NCBI GenBank assembly: GCA_031409335.1
Contig: JANNWY010000293.1
Span: forward strand, 20,943-84,942
DNA: 64,000 nucleotides
Direction: 5' to 3'
Source of the DNA: Chthoniobacteraceae bacterium
Lineage (GTDB): Bacteria > Verrucomicrobiota > Verrucomicrobiia > Chthoniobacterales > Chthoniobacteraceae
Shown piece after piece: positions 9,602 to 20,400 of this stretch. The notes beneath the pieces were generated by a model. That model did not search any database. It was not told where the DNA came from and saw only the letters and a list, made by a program, of their open reading frames with translations. The number at the start of each line of letters is the position of its first letter. Position 1 is the first letter of the stretch. The position numbers and the translations under genes are program-made.

Positions 9602-10579
9602 ATGCGCACCATCGCCCTTCTCCTTCTCGCCGCTGCGACCGCCAACGCAGCCAGCCCCATCGACTCCGCCGTGAACACCGCGCAAGGCGCCGGCAATCAA
9701 GGCCAGCTCAAAGCCTATTCTCGCGGCAGCGCCGTGGATGGCGAGGCGGTCCCTGAACTTTACCCCGGAGAAAATCGCGATGTCGGCCCGCAGATGCTCA
9801 TCATGCAGCAGATACGGAAAGTGTATTTCGAGGGCGGGTTGGATTTGCAGTATTACTACACGTCGAATGCGCTGCTGACGGAGAAGGGGAACACGGATAC
9901 GGGCGTGCTGCTTTCGACCGCGTACTTCGGGCTCGCGCCTTCGCCGTTCGATCTGTGGGGCGGCAAATTTCAGTGGCGCGCGGGTTACAAACAGCAGGCC
10001 TACAACTACGGTTTGGACAAGACCACAAACCAGCTCAACAACTTCGATTTCACCGTCGGCACCGTCTATCTGAATGGACGCTTCACTTTCGCCGAAAAAT
10101 GGACCGCGTCGCTCGGGCTGGACTACAACCGGTTCCAGAGCTTCGAGTCAAACTTCGACGAATTTTACACCGAAGCCGTGCCGCAGTGGGGAATCGAGCG
10201 GCTGTTTGAGATCAATGAAAAGACCTACGTTTCGATGGGCTATTTCGGCGCGTATCACCTCACCCATACCGATCCGCTGCCGACGACGAACATCAATGAC
10301 CGGCTCGATTCGGTGTTCCTCGCCACGGCTGTGCATCAGCTTTGTGAAAAGGTGATCGTCCAGCCGTTCTACCGCTTCCAGCACGCACACTACACCGAGA
10401 ACAGCGACCGCAACGATGTCATCAACACATTCGGCGTGGCGCTCGCCTACCTGATCAATGACTGGTCGTCCGTCCGGGTTTTCACCAGCTACGAAGTGCG
10501 CGACTCAACTGATCCGTCGATCCCCGATTACCACAAGTGGGACACAGGCGGCGGGGTGTCGGTTTCGATCCGGTTTTAG
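9602..10579 (+). CDS. Outer-membrane beta-barrel protein
   Basis: Signal peptide, alternating aromatic beta-strands, C-terminal Phe (VSVSIRF). Confidence 0.75.
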   Translation: MRTIALLLLAAATANAASPIDSAVNTAQGAGNQGQLKAYSRGSAVDGEAVPELYPGENRDVGPQMLIMQQIRKVYFEGGLDLQYYYTSNALLTEKGNTDTGVLLSTAYFGLAPSPFDLWGGKFQWRAGYKQQAYNYGLDKTTNQLNNFDFTVGTVYLNGRFTFAEKWTASLGLDYNRFQSFESNFDEFYTEAVPQWGIERLFEINEKTYVSMGYFGAYHLTHTDPLPTTNINDRLDSVFLATAVHQLCEKVIVQPFYRFQHAHYTENSDRNDVINTFGVALAYLINDWSSVRVFTSYEVRDSTDPSIPDYHKWDTGGGVSVSIRF

Positions 10580-10687
10580 CCGCGGGTGGTCGGGGATTTG
10601 GAAAAAAGTGGCTGAAAGAACGCTGCCGGAAGAAATCTGGTAGTCAGTCCAAAGGGTGTTCGTTATGTTCCCGCACTCTTTTCCGCC

Positions 10688-13600
10688 ATGAAAAATGCCC
10701 GCCTCCAGTTCCCCGGCTCACTCGCACTCGCCGCCGCTTTCGCGCTCGGGATGCCCGGTGCAGCCACGCTCAATGCGCAGTTGCCGGCGGCACCGCCGCC
10801 GGGCCGCGATCAACTCGCATTCCAGCAAGGGCAGCAGCTTTACAATGCGGAAAAATACCCGGAGGCGATCAAAATTTTCGACGCGATCCAAAAGGACTTC
10901 CCGACTTCGCCATACATCCCCGGGGCAAATCTCCAGTTGGGGCTTTGCTACTTCTTCACCGGTGATTTCGACCAAGGCATCGCGGCACTCCGAAAGAATC
11001 TGAACAACAAAAACATTCTGCCAGAGATCCTGGAAGACTCTTACGGGCTCGTGCCGCAACTGCTCTCGGCGAAGGCGCAGAAGATGAATCCGAACGACGG
11101 CAGCAGGAAGCCGACGCTTGAGGCCGCCGTAAAGGAGTTCGATGTTTTCCTCCAAAAATATCCGCAGAGCCCGGAGGCGGAGCAGGCAAATCTTGGCAAG
11201 GCGCGCGCGCTTTACGGTCTCGAAAAATTCGTTGAGGCGACGGAACCGCTCCGCTCGAATATCCAGAAATTTCCGACCAGCGAATCCATCCTGGACAACC
11301 AATTCATGCTGGCGCTGATCCTCGATACGCAGGCTCGCGAAACGATCCGCAAGGCCACTGCGCCGGGTGAGGATAAGACGGCATTCACCGCGTACGATGA
11401 AGCCGAGAAACTACTGCGCGACATCGTGATGAAGCGCACCGATCTCGCGATGATGAACGACGCGCAATTCCAGCTCGGGGAAATGCTCGCCGCGCGCGGA
11501 TCCTCGACGACACCGGACAAACGCGATGCAATTTTCTACCGGGCGCTCGATGCGTATCGGAACACGTATCCGATTGAAACCGTGGTGCAGGCGCAGAACT
11601 TTCGCATCAAGGGCATCCAGCAACGGCTGGTCGATGCCGGCAAGAAAAGTGATGTGGCGGGCGTCCGGCGCTTCCAGGCGATGCTCCCGCGTGAGCAGGC
11701 GAAGCTCGGCGAAATCACGGGGCGCCCGGACCAAACGCTGGCGGCAAAGATCAAGAGCGCGCAGATCTACCTCGAGTTGCACAAGGAAAAGGAGCGCGAG
11801 CGCATGGACGAGGCGCGGGTGCTTTATCGGTTCGTCGAGCAATTCACCAAGGATCCCGAGCAGCAGAAGCAAATCCTCTACGGAGTGACGCTCACCTACG
11901 CCGGTCAGCATCTCCCGAAAGAAGCCGAGGAGCAGTTCGCAAAATGGACGGGTGCCTTCAAGAATGACCCGATGGGCGAAAATCTGCCGCTCCTCATGGG
12001 TTCGATGTACCTCGATCCCGACCCGAAGGTGAACGACCCGAAAAAGGCGATTGCCTATTTTGACAGGCAGGCGGCGGATTTTCCGAAAAGCAACTTCACC
12101 GGACAGGCCACGATGCAGGCGGCGCTCGCGCGCATTCAGCTCAAGGAATACGATTCCGCCACGGCGAAGCTGAAGGAATTCCTCGATGCGAAACCCGACA
12201 AGGAGCAGGCAGTGGTGGCGGAGTTTGGCCTGGCGACGATTTACAAGGACACGGGCGAGCGCGACAAAGCCGTCGAAACATTCCGGGCGGTGCTCGCCAA
12301 ATATCCGGGCACGGAGCAGGCGGAACAATCGGCGTTTTGGATCGGGCAGATGTTGCTGGGCAAGGGCGACGGCAAGGGCGCGATTGCGGAGTTGAAAGGA
12401 TTCCTCGCAAAGTTTCCAAGCAGCGAACTCGTGCCCGCGGCGATGCTTTCGCTCGGCCAGGCGTTGCGCGATTCCGGCCAGGTGGACGCGGCGCTGCAGA
12501 ACTGGAAAGAGGTCGGCGAAAAGCATTCCGCTTCCGATGCCGCGCCCGCGAGCTACTTCCTGCGCGCGACCACGCTGCAAAATGCGCTGAAGTACGATGA
12601 CATGAAGGCGGTGATGAAAGATTTCGTCACGAAGTACCCGGACAGCGACCGCGTTTTTTCGGCGTACGATTACGTGGCGCAAGTGCTGAACCTTCAGGAA
12701 AAAAAGCCGGAGGAGGCGATCAAACATTACGAGGAATTCATCGCCAAATACCGGGATGGAAAAGACGCCCCGGCGGCGATCCTCAAGGTGAGCGACATTT
12801 GGAAAAAGATGGCGGAAGCGATGGGTCGCTATGTGGCGATCCCACCGGCGCAGCTTGAGAACTGGCGGAAGTATTGCGACAAGAGCGTGGAGGCATCGGA
12901 GACGATCCTGAACAAATACACCGAGAGCGCGGAGGTCGCCGGTGCATTGCAAAATCTGCGCAAGGTGCAGGAGGGATTCGTGGCCGCGCGTCTCAAGGCG
13001 GATACAAACGTGGAGAAATACTTCAATGAACTCGCGGCAAGATTTTCCGCGAAACCCACCATCGCGAACAAGATCAAATTCACGCTCGCCGGCTACTACG
13101 CGGAGAAGGACAAGGCGAAGGCTTTGACGATGATGAAGGAAGCGTTCGATCCGAACCTCGTGTACGCTTGGGCCGACCTCGAGACGAACGCGGAGGCATT
13201 GATCGAGCAGAAGCAGTATGACGAAGCGGACAAGATCGTGGCGAAGATCGAGAAAGACTTCGCGCTGCCAAAAAATGCGGACATCACCAAGCAATCGCGG
13301 AGCGCGCTCGAGCCCGTCGCGTCCGCCCTTTTCCTAAAGGCGAAGGTGCTCCAGAACCGCGGGAAGAATGCGGAAGCGGCATCGCTCTTCAGCCAGCTCA
13401 AACAGCAATACCCGTGGTCGCCAAAACTGCTCGAAGCCGATCTCGGCATCGGCATCGACCTCTTTCAGCAGAAAAAATACGACGACGCCACATCCCGTCT
13501 CAGCCCCGTGGCGCGCGCCACCTCCGGCCCGGTCGAAATTCGCGCGAAAGCGATGATGACGCTCGGGGAAATCTCCGAGGCCGAGGGCGACATCGACACT

Positions 13601-13795
13601 GCGATCAACAACTACATCAAGGTTTCGATGATGTTCGAGGGCCTGCCCGAGTTCGCTGCGGACGGACTCTGGCGCGGCGCACAACTTCAGGAAAAAAAGG
13701 CAAGCGGCGAACTGAAGCAGGTCCAGAAAGCCACGCCTGCGCCGGAAAAGAAAACCGAAGCAGAGAAGGCACCCGAGAAAAAAGCCGCAAAATAG
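10688..13795 (+). CDS. Large periplasmic TPR-repeat protein (BamD/YfiO-like repeats)
   Basis: Signal peptide; many F/YP.S...A...LG TPR-like units across 1035 aa. Confidence 0.85.
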   Translation: MKNARLQFPGSLALAAAFALGMPGAATLNAQLPAAPPPGRDQLAFQQGQQLYNAEKYPEAIKIFDAIQKDFPTSPYIPGANLQLGLCYFFTGDFDQGIAALRKNLNNKNILPEILEDSYGLVPQLLSAKAQKMNPNDGSRKPTLEAAVKEFDVFLQKYPQSPEAEQANLGKARALYGLEKFVEATEPLRSNIQKFPTSESILDNQFMLALILDTQARETIRKATAPGEDKTAFTAYDEAEKLLRDIVMKRTDLAMMNDAQFQLGEMLAARGSSTTPDKRDAIFYRALDAYRNTYPIETVVQAQNFRIKGIQQRLVDAGKKSDVAGVRRFQAMLPREQAKLGEITGRPDQTLAAKIKSAQIYLELHKEKERERMDEARVLYRFVEQFTKDPEQQKQILYGVTLTYAGQHLPKEAEEQFAKWTGAFKNDPMGENLPLLMGSMYLDPDPKVNDPKKAIAYFDRQAADFPKSNFTGQATMQAALARIQLKEYDSATAKLKEFLDAKPDKEQAVVAEFGLATIYKDTGERDKAVETFRAVLAKYPGTEQAEQSAFWIGQMLLGKGDGKGAIAELKGFLAKFPSSELVPAAMLSLGQALRDSGQVDAALQNWKEVGEKHSASDAAPASYFLRATTLQNALKYDDMKAVMKDFVTKYPDSDRVFSAYDYVAQVLNLQEKKPEEAIKHYEEFIAKYRDGKDAPAAILKVSDIWKKMAEAMGRYVAIPPAQLENWRKYCDKSVEASETILNKYTESAEVAGALQNLRKVQEGFVAARLKADTNVEKYFNELAARFSAKPTIANKIKFTLAGYYAEKDKAKALTMMKEAFDPNLVYAWADLETNAEALIEQKQYDEADKIVAKIEKDFALPKNADITKQSRSALEPVASALFLKAKVLQNRGKNAEAASLFSQLKQQYPWSPKLLEADLGIGIDLFQQKKYDDATSRLSPVARATSGPVEIRAKAMMTLGEISEAEGDIDTAINNYIKVSMMFEGLPEFAADGLWRGAQLQEKKASGELKQVQKATPAPEKKTEAEKAPEKKAAK

Positions 13796-13809
13796 AGAGC
13801 CACGGATTC

Positions 13810-14046
13810 ATGCTGAAAACCCTCCTCAATTTCACGTTCATCGCGCTTTTGGCGGTCGGCTGTTCAAAAAAGAAAAAGGCCGTCCTCCCGCCTGGCGAAC
13901 TCACCGAAGCTCAGAAAACCGAGCTGCGAACCAAGGCTCTCGCGAACTACAAGAAGCTCGCGGAAAAATATCCCGATTCCCCGCACGCCGAGAAAGCGAA
14001 GGAGCGGGCGCAGGCGCTCAGCGCTGCGCAGGGCTCCAAGAAGTGA
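13810..14046 (+). CDS. Small lipoprotein with a single TPR-like helix pair
   Basis: MLKTLLNFTFIALLAVGC lipobox; YKKLAEKYPDSPHA motif; GTGA overlap with nth. Confidence 0.7.
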   Translation: MLKTLLNFTFIALLAVGCSKKKKAVLPPGELTEAQKTELRTKALANYKKLAEKYPDSPHAEKAKERAQALSAAQGSKK

Positions 14047-14675
14047 AGCGGGCGGAACGCGCCGCCGCGGTCGTGGATGCGCTCCGCCAAGTGTATCCCG
14101 ACGCGCATTGCGAACTGGATTTCGCGGACCCGCTCCAGCTCCTCGTCGCGACGATTCTCTCCGCGCAATGCACCGACAAGCGCGTGAACATGGTGACGAA
14201 GGAACTCTTCCGCGTCTGCCGCACCGCGCGCGATTACGCGGAGATTGATCCCGCGAAATTGGAACAGCTCGTCCAGTCCACCGGCTTTTTCCGCGCGAAG
14301 GCAAAAAACATCCGCGCCTGCTGCGCCGCGCTCGTCGCAAATCACGGCGGCAACGTTCCCAAAACCATGGGTGAACTCACCGCGCTCGCTGGTGTCGGAA
14401 GGAAGACGGCGAATGTCGTCCTCGGAAATGCCTTCGGCATGGAGGAAGGCGTGGTCGTGGACACACATGTGCAGCGGCTCTCGACGCGGCTCGGTCTCAC
14501 GAAGCAGAAGACGCCCGAAAAGATCGAACGCGACCTGATGAAGATGGTGCCGCGCAATTGCTGGACGCTCTTCAGCCACTGGCTGATCTGGCACGGCCGC
14601 CGCCGCTGCGTCGCGCGCAAACCCGACTGCCCCCGCTGCGAAATCCGCGCGCTCTGCCCGAGCGCCCGCGCGTAG
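14043..14675 (+). CDS. nth: Endonuclease III
   Basis: LSAQCTD, HhH GVGRKTANVVL, VDTHV and Fe-S motif CxxxxxxCxxCxxxxxC. Confidence 0.97.
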   Translation: MKRAERAAAVVDALRQVYPDAHCELDFADPLQLLVATILSAQCTDKRVNMVTKELFRVCRTARDYAEIDPAKLEQLVQSTGFFRAKAKNIRACCAALVANHGGNVPKTMGELTALAGVGRKTANVVLGNAFGMEEGVVVDTHVQRLSTRLGLTKQKTPEKIERDLMKMVPRNCWTLFSHWLIWHGRRRCVARKPDCPRCEIRALCPSARA

Positions 14676-14704
14676 GAGAGAAAAAAAACGCGCAATCGCG
14701 ATGA

Positions 14705-14736
14705 CAACCTTTTGTTGCATATGCAACAAAAGGTTG
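14705..14736. promoter_or_regulatory. Perfect 32-bp palindrome (candidate operator/cruciform)
   Basis: caaccttttgttgcat-atgcaacaaaaggttg, exact reverse complement with no spacer. Confidence 0.55.
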
Positions 14737-14904
14737 CCCACAGCTTTGGCCGGTGCGGCGGGATTTGCGGGCGGAAAGCGCGGGCGGTGCCTGGCTGCGA
14801 TCCCGATCGAAGGCGGTTTGGTGCGGACGCTTGACGCCGCACCCGAGCCGTCTCGTTCACAATTCAGCGTGCGGCGCGCGGCTGCGTCCGTCATCGTTTC
14901 GGTG

Positions 14905-15948
14905 ATGACCGAACCCGAATTGCCACCGCCCCGGATGAAAATCGCCGTTCTAAATCCGAAGGGTCGCGACATCGACCAGCCGTTTCCCGATGGCGCGGGC
15001 GCGCCGACGGATGCGCTCCATCCGCCCGTGAATTTTCATGCGTTCGCGGCTTGCAGCGGCGGCGGCTTTTATCGCGATGACCGCTCGATCCCAGCAGAAA
15101 TCAAATCCGTGCTGCTGCTGCTCCGCCACGACCTGAAGGCAAGCCGCCAGGCGCTTCTGGAGCTGCGCCGTGCGAAGAAAGCGGTGATCGTTTCCTTCAA
15201 GGAAGCGGGCGCATTTCAAATCGCGGCGCTGCTCGCGAAGCCTGATAAACTCACGCTTTTCCGCGAAATCTGTCAGCGCGCCGACGCGGCGCTGGCGACG
15301 ACGCCGGATGCGCAGCTGCTTTACCGGCACGCGGGCGCGCGCGAAGTGGAGTTCATTCCGACGCCGTATCCGGTGGAGGATGCGCGTTGGGAATTCGGAA
15401 CGCCGCTGGAGGAGCGTCGCGGGATTTTCGTCGGCACGCGCGAGTTTTCCACGCCGTCGCGAAATCACCTCGCAGCCTTGCTCGCGATCAAGCCGATGGC
15501 GGAGTCGATGCTGGAGCCAGTCACGGTTTTCAATGGCGACGGCTGGCGCGGACGACGGCTGATCGCGCGCCTCGGATTCACGGAGGGACATCTGCGCGTG
15601 ATCGAAAAACGGCTGCCGTATCCCGCGTATCTGCGGCTGCTGGCAAAACACAAAATCGTCTGGCAGCTCGACGCGAGCGCGGTGCCGGGTCAGGTCGCTG
15701 GCGATGCGCTGCTGTGCCGCGTGCCGTGCGTGGGTGGGAATGGCACAACGGAGCGCCTCGTCTTTCCCGAACTCTGCGGACACGGGCGCGGTACGGAGGA
15801 GCTTTTCGACATCGCGGCGCGCTTGCTGGAACATCCGCACGATTGCGCGGCGGTGATCGAGCGGGCATTCGCACTCGCGCGCGAGCGGTTGTCATTCGCG
15901 ATCGTCGCGAAGCAGCTCGCGACTTTTTTTTCGCGTTGCCAAAAATGA
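14905..15948 (+). CDS. GT-B-fold glycosyltransferase-like protein
   Basis: C-terminal PGQVAGDALLCRVPCVGG resembles the GT-B nucleotide-sugar motif; start 14905 or 14935. Confidence 0.55.
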   Translation: MTEPELPPPRMKIAVLNPKGRDIDQPFPDGAGAPTDALHPPVNFHAFAACSGGGFYRDDRSIPAEIKSVLLLLRHDLKASRQALLELRRAKKAVIVSFKEAGAFQIAALLAKPDKLTLFREICQRADAALATTPDAQLLYRHAGAREVEFIPTPYPVEDARWEFGTPLEERRGIFVGTREFSTPSRNHLAALLAIKPMAESMLEPVTVFNGDGWRGRRLIARLGFTEGHLRVIEKRLPYPAYLRLLAKHKIVWQLDASAVPGQVAGDALLCRVPCVGGNGTTERLVFPELCGHGRGTEELFDIAARLLEHPHDCAAVIERAFALARERLSFAIVAKQLATFFSRCQK

Positions 15949-16874
15949 AACTGCTCGCGTTTCTCCCGCCATGGATCGCCCGCGCGGCGGCGGTGTTGCT
16001 GCTGCTCGGCCTGCTGGTGCGCGTGAGCGGACTGCGCGACCGGGTCGTGGTGCCCGGCGTGATTTTTTACGCAACGCCGTGGCCGGTGCTCGCCGCGCTG
16101 GCCTTTGCGCTGGCCTGCTACGCGCTCGGGCGGCGGCGGCGCGCGCGGGGGCTGATCCTCGCGCTGGTCCTCGCGGGGAGCGCGGCGATGTGGACGCGCC
16201 AGAGTTTTGCGCGTGCGCAACCGCAGGGCGGAGAGATCGCGTTGCGGCTCGTTTTCTGGAACGCGGCGCGACCGGAAGCGCGGCGCGCGCAAAGCGTGGC
16301 GTATCTCAAATCTTTCAAGGCGGACATCGTCGCCGTCGCGGAATCGAATGTTTACCAGGACGAGATGCCCGTGGAATGGCGCGATGGATTTGCGGGGCGC
16401 TCGATCATCCAGCGACAGGGATTTTTGCTCATCACGCCGGAGCCACCGGTCTCGATCGAGATCGGACGCCTCGCGGATCGCGGCGACTATTTGCTCGCGC
16501 GCTGCCTCGTGCGAGAGCGTTCGGTGACGCTGCTGCTGGTCGATTTTGAAACACGCATCACCTCGTCGCGAGCCGCGCCATTTTCACGGCTGAACGAAAT
16601 CATCGCACGGCATCGCGACGAGCCGCTGGTGATCGTGGGCGATTTCAACACGCCGCGGGAGTCGGTCCATTTCGACGGCTGGCGGCGCAATTTCCGCGAA
16701 GCATTCGATAGCGCGGGGCGCGGCTTCGCCGAAACGTGGCCGACGTTTTTGCCGGCGCTTCGCATCGACCAATGCTGGCTCGGCCCGCGCTGGCGGGCAG
16801 TGCATGCGGAACTCGGCTGGTCGCTGCTCTCCGACCACCGCGCGATCGTTGCGGACCTGACGCCGGGCGGTTAG
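15945..16874 (+). CDS. Endonuclease/exonuclease/phosphatase family membrane protein
   Basis: N-terminal TMs, FWN, DIVAVAE, GDFN, RID, SDH motifs; ATGA overlap. Confidence 0.88.
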   Translation: MKLLAFLPPWIARAAAVLLLLGLLVRVSGLRDRVVVPGVIFYATPWPVLAALAFALACYALGRRRRARGLILALVLAGSAAMWTRQSFARAQPQGGEIALRLVFWNAARPEARRAQSVAYLKSFKADIVAVAESNVYQDEMPVEWRDGFAGRSIIQRQGFLLITPEPPVSIEIGRLADRGDYLLARCLVRERSVTLLLVDFETRITSSRAAPFSRLNEIIARHRDEPLVIVGDFNTPRESVHFDGWRRNFREAFDSAGRGFAETWPTFLPALRIDQCWLGPRWRAVHAELGWSLLSDHRAIVADLTPGG

Positions 16875-16921
16875 CGCCGACGCACATCTGCCACTCGCCC
16901 GCGGCTGAACCGCACTGCTGG

Positions 16922-17284
16922 CTACCGCGGAACGCCGCACGCGATCACGAACCACGCGGGATTCAAATGGGCCAGCGGCTCTTTCAGCTTTTCGATCTCG
17001 TCCGCGGGTCCGTGGAATTCGAGCCGCGTGAGGTCGGCGATTTTCAGCGCCTCCGCGAGCAACTGCCCGACATTCTCCAAATGGGCAAGCACGCCCGCCG
17101 CGCCGATGTAACCTTCGCGGCAAAAGATTTCATCACCATTCACCGTGAACTCGTAATACAGATGCAGCGGCTCGTTTTTCGTCTTCTCCACAAAGTCGGG
17201 CATCGCAGCCTTGAATGCGTCGAGTTTGCCGGGATGGGCTTTGAAGTAGGGGTGAATGCTGACGACGTTCGCAGGAAGGCTCAT
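16922..17284 (-). CDS. Antibiotic biosynthesis monooxygenase (ABM)-like dimeric barrel protein
   Basis: PGKLDAFK...KNEP..LYYEF...REGY...AHL pattern. Confidence 0.7.
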   Translation of the reverse strand: MSLPANVVSIHPYFKAHPGKLDAFKAAMPDFVEKTKNEPLHLYYEFTVNGDEIFCREGYIGAAGVLAHLENVGQLLAEALKIADLTRLEFHGPADEIEKLKEPLAHLNPAWFVIACGVPR

Positions 17285-17461
17285 GGTGCCGGGAGGGTGC
17301 CTGGCGGCTCCACGGCGGGCAAGCGCCGACGAGCGCGGCGGCGAATTCACCTTCCACCGATAGAACCTTTGCGAACGACTTCTCCGAAGATCGTGGAGAT
17401 CGGCTACTCGGAGTTTTCCGTGAACGATGCGGCGATCCCGCGCGCCTGCTTCGGCGGGCGG

Positions 17462-20400
17462 TTAGAAAAGGGTGATTTTCGCGCGGGCGAAGTAGCGGGC
17501 GGCGCTGGTGTTGGTGGGACAGCGCCAGACTTCGGTGACGGTGCCATCGCCGTGGTCGGTGCTGCTGACGAAGACTCCGGTGGTATCCCATGAGCCGGGA
17601 TCGAGAGAGAGGGACCACTCCAGAGTGACGGCAGCGCCGTCGGCACCGAGGGGGCGGCGCAGGGTGATGGTGAGGAAGGTGTAAGATGTGCCGCTGACGC
17701 TGTGGGTGGCGAGGGAGGCGGAGGGAAGCCTGCCGCGGTCGTTGGTGGTGTTCGAGCCGCCGAGGGCGTATTCGACGGAGTTGAAGAGGCCGTCGAGGTC
17801 GTCGTCGGCGAGCGGGTCGCTCGCGGCGTTGGCGGCGGCCCATTCGGCGTAGGTTTGCCGGTCGGCTCCGCTGGGCGATCCGCCTGCGACGTAGCTCGCG
17901 CGCCAGCTCGCGGCGACGGTGTGATTGGGGCGCGTCTCGGGCGTGCGGAGGACGAGCGAGTAGCCGCCGAGGTCGGCTGGCGCGGGCCACGGCAGGTCGT
18001 CGTCGTAGATGAAATTTTGAATCGCCGCGCCTGCGCCGTAGCTGAGTTTTATTTCCTCGCCGTTGTTGCTGAGACTGTCGGCAGCATCCCACTGGCCGGC
18101 GATGGGTTTGCCTGGGCCGTGACGCGAGGTGAAGGCGGCGGTGTTTTTCACCACGAGCACGCGCGCGCCGGGGGCGAGGCTCGTGATCGCGCTTCCGGCG
18201 AAATCGAAATCCACGCCTTTCGTGAAGCGCACGTTCGCGAGGCTGAGCGTGAGCGACGGGGAGATGTTCACGAGTTCGATGTATTCGTAATCGTTCTCCG
18301 CGTAAGGCACAGCGGGCGTCGCGGGATGATACATCAGTTCATTCACCATGATATTGTCTTTGAGCGTTTGGATGTAGTTCGACGTGCCAGCCGTGAATTG
18401 CAGCGGCGCGCTCCAGTGGCCGAAGCGGCCTGTGCTGTCGCGATGCCGGACGCGCGCGCAATACGTGTGGCCGACGCGGAGCACCGTGCCGGGGATGCTG
18501 ATGCCTGCATTGAAAGTGAGGATCGGGCCGCTGTCGAAAACAGGCACGGCTTCGTAGATGCGCTCCTCGGTCGGGTCGTACGCGGGCGCAGTCGCGTCGG
18601 TGATTTCGCCGATGCGCCATTGGATCGCGTTGAACGTCCCCACGCCTTGCGGATCGGTGAACGCGCTGCTCGTGAAGCCGACCGCATCGATCGGAAATCC
18701 CGCGGTGCCGCTGTAGGCAATGGTCGGCGTGGCGGGAAGCTGGCCCGCGTCCACGGTGTCGGTGAGCGAGTCGAGATACGCCGCGCGTCCGCCCACGCCA
18801 ACGGCGGGATCGCCATTGCCAGCGGTGTCCGTCCAGCCCGTGAAGCAGAACGCTTTCATGTCCGTGACCTTTGCGGCGACGCCGCCCGCGTACACGGCTT
18901 GCGCGCCGGGGCTCGGCCAGCGCGCGGTGTCGGCGGGCGCGAAGGCGGTGATCTTCGCCGCGGCGTCGTCGATGATGTCATCGACGGGGCCGCGCGCACC
19001 GTCGCGGTACCACGAGAGATCGCGCAGCTCGCGGATGATGTTGCGGTGCTCGATTTGCATTGGGACGCGGCTCGGTTTCACGCCGGTCCACGTCGGCGAA
19101 TCGGTCACGTCGTTGTGGTTGTAGAGCGCGTTGTGGATGAAGTCCCAACCGCTGTTCCAATTCGGCCCGAAGCTCGCATCCCAGTCGTACGGCATCTGCA
19201 CGAGCTGCCCGAGATTGTTCGTGTTCACCATCGGCGCGAACCACCAGATGAGATTTTTCACGCGATGCCGTCCCGTCGGCTCGGTGAAAATATCATAGTG
19301 CCGGATGGCCTCCTTCACCGCGTCGAAGCGGTACCACTGCGGCATGTTCATGTAACGCTCGAGGTCGCTCTGCGAGGCGCACTGGTGCAGGTTGTAGCGG
19401 ATGTTGTCGAAGTCCTCGCCGAAATCCACCGCGCCCGGCGCCTGATAGCGCGCGTCCATTTCGGCGTTCTGCGTCCAGTCGGACATTTTGTAAAAATTGC
19501 CGAGCGGCAGATTGCGCGAGCGTAAATAATTTTTGCCCTCGGGCAATTCGAGTGCCTGGAACATTCCCCAGAAATCGCCGAGCGAAGCGTGGCTCTCGTC
19601 CGTGTTTTGCACGACGCGGAACTGCACCCAATGGCTGTCCGGCATCGGCGTGCCCTGCTGTTGCCAGAGTTTGCTGCCGACTTCGTACGGGATGCCGTAG
19701 TCGTAGTAGCCTTTGTTCCCGAACATTTTGTTGAAGAGCATCGACTCCCAAGGGCGTCCGTATTTCCGCCCGGCCTCGTCCGACGCATCGAGCGACGTGC
19801 CCTTCGCGAAGTTGAAGCGGAAATGCCGCTTGCCGCTGCCGAGGTAGCGCGAATTCCCACCGCGCAGCCGCACGCGCACATGGTCGAGCACCTGGTGGCC
19901 GACGACGAGCGTGCCGGTGAAATTTTCGTAGCGGCGCGCGAGCAGCGCGTTGAGCGCGGCGGTGTTCGCGAATTGATCCGCGCCGTTGTAGGCCATGAGT
20001 TGCGTCATGTCGGCGGGGCGCGTGATCCATTGGTAAATGGGCAGCGTGTTGAGCGTGGCGGGCGCGAAGACTTGCGAGCCGGCGGTGTAAATCGGGATGC
20101 GGTTGAAGACGAAGAAGGCGTAATTTTTTCGCGGGTCGTCTGCAGCGGGAACGGTGACGCTCGCGCCGCCGAGGTCCGCCGCGACGATGCGGTAGCGCAC
20201 GAGCGCGCGGTGCGCCTGCGCGGGAATGCGCGCGGTGAAAACGCCGTCGCCGGGCGTGTCGCCGGAGATGCTGCCGTCATCGACCATCGCGACGGTCGTC
20301 CAGCCGGTGCTCTCGAAAGCGGCATTCGCGGGCGGGTCTTGCAGCGGGTTTGCGAGGAGCACCGCATTGGTGAGCGGCAGCGTGGATGGGATGTATGCGC

